Shown here piece by piece: positions 55,780-64,000 of a stretch of DNA of 64,000 nucleotides. Within the stretch, counting starts at the first letter, position 1. Every line of letters begins with the position of its first letter. The translations under genes were made by a program, and so were the position numbers. The stretch spans positions 107,570,001-107,634,000 of the forward strand of contig OX597823.1 in NCBI GenBank assembly GCA_951406725.2. Reading direction: 5' to 3'. The notes beneath the pieces were generated by a model, which was not told the origin of the DNA, did no database searches, and saw nothing but the letters and a program-made list of their open reading frames with translations. Source of the stretch: Octopus vulgaris. Taxonomy: Eukaryota.

Positions 55780-55960
55780 AGGCAAGTGTCATTTCTTTCA
55801 GTTTTTTAGACGGGGAGTTCAATTTCCGCGCTGGTGGACTTTACCTTTTATCTTTTAGGGGTCGATAAAATAAGTATTACCTCTGTATAACCGGTGTCGA
55901 TATTAAAGGCTTTTCTCTCAATTCAAAATTACTTGTCCCACACGAAAATTTGAAACGATA
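55780..55960 (+). mobile_element. SINE family B fragment
   Basis: gagttcaatttccgcgctggtggactttaccttttatcttttaggggtcgataaaataagta. Confidence 0.7.
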
Positions 55961-55981
55961 TGCATAAATGTATCTATATAC

Positions 55982-56024
55982 GTATACATATACAGAAATA
56001 TATATGTATATACATACATTTATA

Positions 56025-56063
<39 letters not shown>

Positions 56064-56267
56064 CAGATGTATACATGAATGTATGTATATATATATATGT
56101 TTGTATATGTATGCATTTATATGTGTGCGTGTATGTATACATATACAGAAATATATATGTATATACATACATTTATAATGTATATATATATATTAACAGA
56201 TGTATACATGAATGTATGTATATATATGTTTGTATATGTATGCATTTATATGTGTGCGTGTATGTAT
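55982..56267. repeat. Tandem duplication (~150 + ~135 nt) of a compound microsatellite unit
   Basis: The anchors catatacagaaat, catttataatg, ttaacagatgtatacatgaatg and gcatttatatgtgtgcgtg each occur twice in the same order. Confidence 0.9.
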
Positions 56268-57679
56268 ATTCATGTGTTCTTATGTGTATATATATCTATA
56301 TGCACACAATGTACACACACTTATATAACCATATATTTTCAAAGAGGCACCACACCTCTGATTTGCGCCGCTGCCACTTCTTCCAACCACAATATTATCC
56401 CCACACACAGCCTTTCCATTTTATTTTTATATTTTCCAGTCGTCCTTTACAATCGGACTTCATGGACAATATCCCTTCACCGTTTCCTGTCGACGATGCT
56501 CACACGTTTTTGTCCGCTGTCTTTGTTTCATTCTCCTCCTTTTTTCTCTCCACCCTTAAATTTCTCCCTACCAACGTTTATACTGCTTACTGTGTGCATG
56601 ACTCCCATCCATCCACACCAATCTTGGCTCTTATTACAGTAATAATTAGTAAGTTACTAAGAACACCATCTACCTATCTCAGCTTGTGCATCACTATCGC
56701 CTGCCACCTCTCTCCCTCTACAACTTAAGTAAAAGTAGGGATAGCTTACCTACTACTTTATATATTTTTGTCTATCCTTTCCTCCACTCTTCTAAGTACT
56801 TAAGGCTATCATTTCATATTTCTTTTCTCTGTCTGTCTGTCTTTATCTCTCTCTCACACACACACACACTTCTGCAATATCACTTTTCCACTTTTGTCTT
56901 TAAAACTTAACTCACACATTTCATTAGAATCCACTTAAATCGTCTTCAGTCTATTCCACGGCGCACAACCCAAGGCAACATATTCTACTGTGTACTATTA
57001 CTGACTCTAAATTAAATTATATGCCTTATTATTCTCAATGTACCTATGTCACACTCCTGCAAAAAAAAAAAAAAAAAAAAAAAGAGCATAGAATACGCTG
57101 ATTTGGTTTTTCTTTTACGTATGGAAAGGAATGAAAAATAAATAGATAAAATGTTTTCGTGTAAAACTCTAGCCGAGCAATTCAAGCCATCCTCAAATAT
57201 ATTCGATGTATAACTGCTTCGGACAATATGCTTTCTCCATATCATCGTTTTGCGCCATTAACAAAAACATCTTCACTCCCGCAATACCATTTCTGCGAAC
57301 AATATTTCAGCTGTTGACTCAATCATTTCAACGTCAAACAACATTAAAAATAACATGAGTTTTATCCGTAGCAGGCATAATGATGTTGCTAACTACCATA
57401 AAGGTCTGTTTTGATTGGGAGGAAATATAGTCAACTAAAATCAAAACACTATTTCGCGATTGTTTCACCCGATCAAATGTGCTCTGCTGAAAACGTAGAA
57501 TATACGCATACACGCATGCGAAATTGTGTGTGTGTATGCGCACGCGCTTGTGTTTTAATATAACACAGATGCGTATACATGTGTGGGCGTATATGTGTAA
57601 ATATCAACACATACACACAAAGGTGTGTCTATTAATAGATGTGTGCGTGTATACATATACACTCACACACTGTGAAGGT

Positions 57680-57970
57680 AAAGGTGTAGGTACAATATAG
57701 CGGAATGGTTAAGGAGCTTCATGCTCACCCCCATATCATAGCATCTTACACGATGATCATTTTTCTATACCCTCGAATTGACATGCACTTTGTGAGTACC
57801 AACAGGAAAATAGCATCTACATAATTCTTTGTGTAGATTTTACCTGTGAATTAACGTTAATACTGTACACCTTGGAAAGCTCACCTACTTACACGTTAAT
57901 TCAGGAGCAGGTAATTCAGTTTTTCCAACAACTGCATTGTCAGTGCTCAGCGACGGAGAACCAACTAAGT
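57680..57970 (+). mobile_element. Another degenerate tRNA-derived SINE
   Basis: A-box-like tagcggaatggttaagg, ttgtgagt, and an internal inverted repeat gaattaacgt...acgttaattc. Confidence 0.5.
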
Positions 57971-57989
57971 GTTTGAGTACAAGTGTGAG

Positions 57990-58154
57990 TCAATATATAT
58001 GTGTGTGTTTATGTATGTATATGTATGTGTATATATATGTATATGTATATATATGTATATATATGTATGCATGTATATATGTTATGTATATATAAATATA
58101 TATATGCATATAGATATATCTAGAGTCCAACCCAGGGAAACCTGATGATTATGA

Positions 58155-58193
<39 letters not shown>

Positions 58194-58637
58194 GTGTAAA
58201 TATATATATCTATATATATGTGTAAATATATATATCTATATATATGTATCTATATACATATATATATCTATATATATATGTATTTATATATACATGTATA
58301 TATGTATCTATATATATATATATATATGTGTGTATATATATGTACATTTATCTGTATATATGTGTATATATTTATGTATATATATGTGTTTGTATATGTA
58401 TATATATATGTGTATATACATATGTATATATATGTATATGAGCTATTTCTAGCACTAGAGTTAACCTATTTAACGTTAACTCTCTTATATGTACGGATAT
58501 ATATATATGTTTATATATATATATATATGTGTTTGTTTATATATTTATGTATAAATATATGTGTATATATGTATATATGTGTTTAGAAATATATATATAT
58601 GTATATATATGTGTGTGTATATATATATGTATATGTT

Positions 58638-58668
<31 letters not shown>

Positions 58669-58840
58669 GTATATATATAGAGGTCTCTTTCTTTTGTTGT
58701 CTTCCTGTTTTTATTTATCAATATATATATATGTATATATATACATACATACACACACACATATATATATATACATACACACATATATAGATGCATATAT
58801 ATATCTATACACACACACACATATATATATACATACACAT
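57990..58840. repeat. (TA)n/(TG)n microsatellite field
   Basis: Direct reading. Confidence 0.95.
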
Positions 58841-58846
58841 CTATAT

Positions 58847-59225
58847 TACTCTTTACTCTTTTACTTGTTTCAGTCATGTGAATACAGTCATGCTGGAGTA
58901 CCACCTTTAGACAAGCAAATCAACCCCAGGACTTATTCTTTGTAAGCCTACTACTTATACTATTGGTCTCTTTTGCCGAACCACTAAGTTATGGGGATAT
59001 AAACTCACCAGTATCTGTTGTCAAGCTATGTTGGGGGACACAAACGCACACATATATATATAAGATGGGCTTCTTTCAGTTTCTGTGTAGCAAATCCACT
59101 CACAAGGCTTTGGTCGGCCCGAGGCTATAGTAGAAGACACTTGCCCAAGGTGCCACGAAGTGGGACTGATCTTCGAACCATGTTGTTGCTAAACAAACTG
59201 CTTACCACACAGCCACTCCTGCACC
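58847..59225 (-). mobile_element. Full-length family A SINE with CR1/L2-type tail
   Basis: Reverse complement of 367-780: ttttacttgtttcagtca...catgctggagtaccacctttag...gaagacacttgcccaaggtgccacg...cttaccacacagccactcctgcacc. Confidence 0.9.
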
Positions 59226-59234
59226 TACACAGCC

Positions 59235-59347
59235 TATATATATACGCACATGTATACACACACACACACATGTATACACACACACACACACACACACACA
59301 TGTATACACACACACACACACACATATATACACAAGCACACACACAC

Positions 59348-59436
<89 letters not shown>

Positions 59437-59437
59437 T

Positions 59438-59468
<31 letters not shown>

Positions 59469-59500
59469 CATACACACACATACACATATGCATATATAAA
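59235..59500. repeat. (CA)n microsatellite
   Basis: Direct reading. Confidence 0.95.
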
Positions 59501-59629
59501 TGTATATGTGTACTTTTTCAATGTTTACAAATAGCGGAAAACTAATAATGGTCATATATTGATTTCGGTGTGTACATATATATATATGTATATATAGTAA
59601 GAATATATATAGTAAGAATTTACAAAAAA

Positions 59630-59900
59630 ATAAAAATCGAAGACGGATGTGTAAACAACAAATAGATGTATTAGTTTAACACTCGGGAAGTGAGAAAGTC
59701 TTTTACGTTTCGAGCCTAAGCTCTTCAACAGAAAGAAACACGGAAATAAACAGCAAGAGAAATCAAAAACGGTTTACAGGCTAGTGATCTATCAAGGCGA
59801 ATGCTGGACAGAGGGGTCACACAGGAGAGCTAGGAAGCAAGGGGGATAATAAAGTAGTGGATATCCCAAAATGAAGGCGCACATGCCTGTGGAAGGGGGC
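59630..59900 (-). mobile_element. Probable Penelope-like terminal repeat (pLTR) remnant
   Basis: Contains a minimal hammerhead motif and abuts (TA)n; assignment is inferred from the ribozyme. Confidence 0.55.
59699..59736 (-). ncRNA. Minimal type-I hammerhead ribozyme motif (core variant CUGUUGA)
   Basis: UCUUU-CUGUUGA-A-GAGC-UUAG-GCUC-GAAAC-GUA-AAAGA: stem I UCUUU/AAAGA, stem II GAGC/GCUC, palindromic ACGU stem III. Confidence 0.65.
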
Positions 59901-60145
59901 TGTTGACCTAGACATGTGTGAGTGCTGGGGATGTGGTCTGTGCTAGCGTGTGCGTTAGTGTGGTTGCTGGGAAGTGGTCAGTGGAAGTGTGTGCAGGGTG
60001 GGGTGGAATGGAATGTATAGGAATGGGCGGTTAAAATATGTAGGGTGGGGTAACGAGAGAGGGGTGATGATGTAGGGAGAAGGTGGGTAGGAGTGATATT
60101 TATATATGAATATATTATGTGTATACATATGTATATATATAGTAT

Positions 60146-60176
<31 letters not shown>

Positions 60177-60198
60177 CATCATCATCATTTAGCGTCCG

Positions 60199-60237
<39 letters not shown>

Positions 60238-60288
60238 TGTATATATACATGTGTATCTGAATGTACATGCATATATGTATGCATGCGT

Positions 60289-60337
<49 letters not shown>

Positions 60338-60419
60338 TATGTGTCTATATATATATACATACATACACATCATATGTGGAAACTGACTGTCTTTTTAAGT
60401 CTATAAGTGCTGCTTGAGT

Positions 60420-61560
60420 ACACTTTGATACACTGCAGGTGTACTTTTCATGTGAGAATGCAAGTTTTATTACGTTTAATTTACCCTGGACAATGCTGTC
60501 AGGAATAAGGTTTATAAAGGGACGGAATTATTTTATCGTATTTCAATCCACTGTCTGCTGAAGTACTTCAGAGTGTTGGAAAACATGATTTCATTACAGT
60601 CTGTGATACAACATTAGCATGTTCTTTTTTCTCATGTTAGTTAGGAGTTGGATTGTGATACAATTTTACAAGTTACATAAAATTTTATGGATTGTTTAAA
60701 GATCTTAAAACCCACTAGCATGTTGATAAAGATTGAGCTTTTTTTCTGTTAGGACTGTCAATAGAGGGTGCGTTTGCTTTAAATAATTTTTACAGGTCTG
60801 ACAGTTAGTGCTGTATATATGAAAGAGAACATAAGTTTGTGGCATTAATATTGTTACTCAATGCACTGATTCCTATTTAGATGTGTTCCCATTAATGATA
60901 TGAATTTCTATTAGCACAGAGGCATCTAGGTTAGGTTGACCTGTTACAATTCTCAATATTTTGGTGCCATTTCATTTTTCATTGCTTTGCTGTGTATATT
61001 CTAAATTGCCTATGAAAATTTTTTCTTTAGAAGATGATTTGGAGATTAATAGCTTAATTAAAATATATTAATAATGTAGTTTGATATTCTGTATATGCTT
61101 GTAATTTTCCTTTTTTTTTTTTTAATAGGGATAGTGTATTATGTAAGTTAAGCGTTACTTGTAAACAAAACTTTCTTTGATCAACCTCTACTGTAATTGT
61201 AAAACTTACTTCTTTATAGAGTTTGGAGATGACTTATTGGAATTGTCAGTTAAAATTTCAGGAAACAGTAAGGCCATAACTGTATATAAATCTCCAAGTA
61301 CAAAATGTAACAGCTTTGAAATAAGAAATGTCAACAAGTTCCTTGCTTCCACTGTGTTCATCACTTCAAAAGATACAAAACTAGACTCAATATGTTGCTT
61401 TCTTCCCACCTATGGGGCATTGTTGAAGAACAGAATGGATTATCTAGTCTCTAAAATGGTCTCCATAGCAGGTTTGGTGTGGCTGATAGCTTTTCAATGT
61501 TAAAAGCAGTATTAAGGAAGGGTTAAATCATATAAATGTAATAAATAATTTCATGTATCA
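60420..61560 (-). mobile_element. Decayed Penelope-like element (RT and GIY-YIG region)
   Basis: ggagatttatatacagttatggcctt is a decayed GLYRDDGL. ISKLYKEVSFTITVEVDQRK...VTLNL and ISKSSSKEKIF follow in the order of PLE RT motifs, with Cys/His remnants further 3'. Confidence 0.7.
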
Positions 61561-61635
61561 AATGGAGAAAAACAGCATTTGTTTGTATTTTAGAGGAAAT
61601 GTAGCAAATTAAGAAGGTTTAATATACACTTAATA

Positions 61636-61708
61636 TTAGGCATAGCTCAGTTAGGAAAGTGTTAGCCTGAAGATCTAAAGATCCCTTGTTCAATACCAGG
61701 TTTCAGCA
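61636..61708 (+). pseudogene. tRNA-Phe(GAA) pseudogene
   Basis: atagctcagttaggaaagtgttagcctGAAgatctaaagatcccttgttcaataccaggtttcagca aligns by eye to the metazoan tRNA-Phe-GAA consensus. The 5' acceptor strand is lost, CpGs have decayed and a T-rich tract follows. Confidence 0.85.
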
Positions 61709-62815
61709 TCTGGTTGCTGGTCTGCTTTCTTTTTCTTTTCTTCACATTCTATTTTCATTCAAATTTTCATTTATGTCAGTTATGGATTTACTTATTGATG
61801 CAATGTCTGTTCTTAAGGGATTCTTGTCTAGTAGATAGATGGTCGAAAATTTTGGCTTGTGGTCATTTAAAGTAATGTATGGCACCAAAGGGGGTTGATA
61901 TGCTTCTGTTTTCAGTATTGAGTTTCATAATAATGCTTTGAGACTTATTAACTTCCTTGAAGATAACAATGTGATTTGTTTGTTCGTTTGTTTTTTGGTT
62001 ATATTTATGATAAAATACAAAATCAATTGGTGATAGTATTTTTTTTTTTTTTTTGGTCATATTAGGTTTTCAAAACTATTTCCCCCATGAAATGTGAATG
62101 CTTTTTCTGCAGAAGTCTTTTAAAAATTATTAGTTCAGTTCCTGAATGTTATGTCCTTTGTTTATCTTAAGAATTAACCTGGTTTTTGAAAGCTTGGAGG
62201 CTGAAACTGGCAAAATAGCTTTTTTATAGTGTGTTATCTGTTGAGTCATTATCATTATAATTTCTTTCAAAGAAACATTCAGTAAAAATGCATTTAAAAG
62301 AACTTTTTCATAGTGGAATTGGAATATATTCTTCATCATGAAAAGTATATATATATAGATTAGAGGTTTGATATCTGGTGGAACCATTGCTGCCCAAATA
62401 CAAATACATATAATTAGAAATAAGCACAGATACACACATGTAGTCCCATTTAAATATCATCTTCTTTCATTTTTATTAATCCATTCTTTTTCAATTATTA
62501 CTATTTACCATATCCCCAAACTATGATTTTGACCCATTTTATTTAAAGCAAATGATCCACCTGACTACAAACTATTTATAGAATCTTTTCTTTGCACAGT
62601 GTATACATGTGAAGTCCTTTCAACTTCAAAACCTAAAATTTCAATTACAGCTGATATATAAATGTCAGTGCAATTTTCTAACAACTAAGCCCATTTCATT
62701 AAAAAAAATTCTTCCAAAGCATCTCCATACATTTTAGAGTTTTACAAACTAGAAATCCTCATATCAAAACCGTTTGAAGAAGACTTAGATCAGTAAGTAA
62801 ATAAATAGTAAATAT

Positions 62816-62851
<36 letters not shown>

Positions 62852-63346
62852 TATACAACACCCCACTAATCATGCATGAATATGCACATCAAAACCTGTG
62901 GTAATGAATGAAGTAAAGGCACACCTGAGGTTTTCTAACCCATAACAGCATATACTAGCCAGTATTATAGGCAGGTATAGTCACAGTTCACCAGTAAGCA
63001 ATGCAGCTGATTTCTTTGTTGAAATTCTATGGGGTCCTGGAGATGGGTCTTAGTCTTGCCAAATTAAAAGATATGTTTGTGATTGGGAGAGCCCATAGTT
63101 AGGACTAACCATAAAAAGGAAAGAGGAAAAGAGAGCAAAAGGTGTTCTCAATCGAGTCAACACCTGACTTATCAAATAAGTTAAATTTTAAACATCATTA
63201 AGGATTTCGTTTTTGCCTATTAGCTTGGATAATATATTTATTTATTGATGAAGATTAACAGAAACAACAGTTTGCAGAAACATCATAGTCACCTTGTAAG
63301 GATATGAATGAATTTAAAGGTACAATAATTTGTTTTTACTAATACA

Positions 63347-63460
63347 TGCAGGACTGGCTGTGTGGTTAAGAAGCTGGCTTCTGAACCATATGGTCTTAGG
63401 TACAGTCCCACTGCTTGACACCTTGGGCAACAGTCTTGCTGCATAAGGGCTTGTGAGTGT
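63347..63460 (+). mobile_element. Family A SINE head followed by a compound microsatellite
   Basis: gcaggactggctgtgtggttaagaagc...acagtcccactgc...accttgggcaa. Confidence 0.85.
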
Positions 63461-63479
63461 ATGTATAGGTATAGATATA

Positions 63480-63511
<32 letters not shown>

Positions 63512-63527
63512 GATATGTGTATATATA

Positions 63528-63564
<37 letters not shown>

Positions 63565-63586
63565 GGATATATAGATAGATAGACAG

Positions 63587-63624
<38 letters not shown>

Positions 63625-63761
63625 ATATATAGATAGATAGACAGATATGTATGTATGTATATATATATATATATAGATAGATAGATAGACAGATATGTTT
63701 GTGTGTATATATATATATATATATAAATATAGATAGAGAGATAGATAGATAGATATGTATG

Positions 63762-63814
<53 letters not shown>

Positions 63815-63815
63815 C
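63460..63815. repeat. Compound (TA)/(TAGA) minisatellite
   Basis: Unit ...atagatagatagacagatatg occurs three times. Confidence 0.9.
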
Positions 63816-64000
63816 AAAAATAAATACATATAGAGACTGAAACGGTGAGCCGGCGACTACTGGAGTCGCCTTCTTGTCTACTCCATCTGTTGCGAAGTGA
63901 ATGTTCTGCTAAGTCAGGGGTGGGGAAAGTTCACAATGTGACTGTATTAGTTGGCGATTACATAGTTACCTAAATAAATTAGCGAAAGCGTGGTATTTGC

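Noticed and set aside
63857-63875. Small GC hairpin ggcgact-actgg-agtcgcc followed by ttctt
   Set aside because: Looks like a bacterial terminator but the context is eukaryotic; short and at the window edge

Overview
AT-rich, microsatellite-laden eukaryotic DNA. The repeat repertoire (tRNA/CORE-type SINEs, RTE, CR1/L2, Tx1, R4-like and Penelope-like remnants, Tc1/maT transposons) fits an octopus (coleoid cephalopod) genome; this is inferred, not searched. There is no intact long protein-coding ORF. Almost all listed ORFs are translations of (TA)n/(CA)n/(CAG)n repeats, and the rest are transposon relics. The window appears to be the 5' part of a very large minus-strand gene that runs off the left edge. 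Two CpG-retaining domains (~45.4-59.8 kb and ~25.6-31 kb) hold candidate first exons with good donors at 51121, 49169/49118 and 28879. Downstream are a 130-nt exon, a 42-nt ATG-containing exon and 27-nt and 18-nt microexons. The coding candidates are all compatible in phase 1, but I cannot name the gene and the model needs RNA-seq. Other points of interest: a 118-nt palindrome of two back-to-back hammerhead-like motifs, a minimal type-I hammerhead in a Penelope-type terminus, a hairpin that places a 5' splice site in its loop, one SINE head joined to two different LINE-derived tails with both partner LINE 3' ends present, and a tRNA-Phe pseudogene. Repeat boundaries are approximate and were read by eye.
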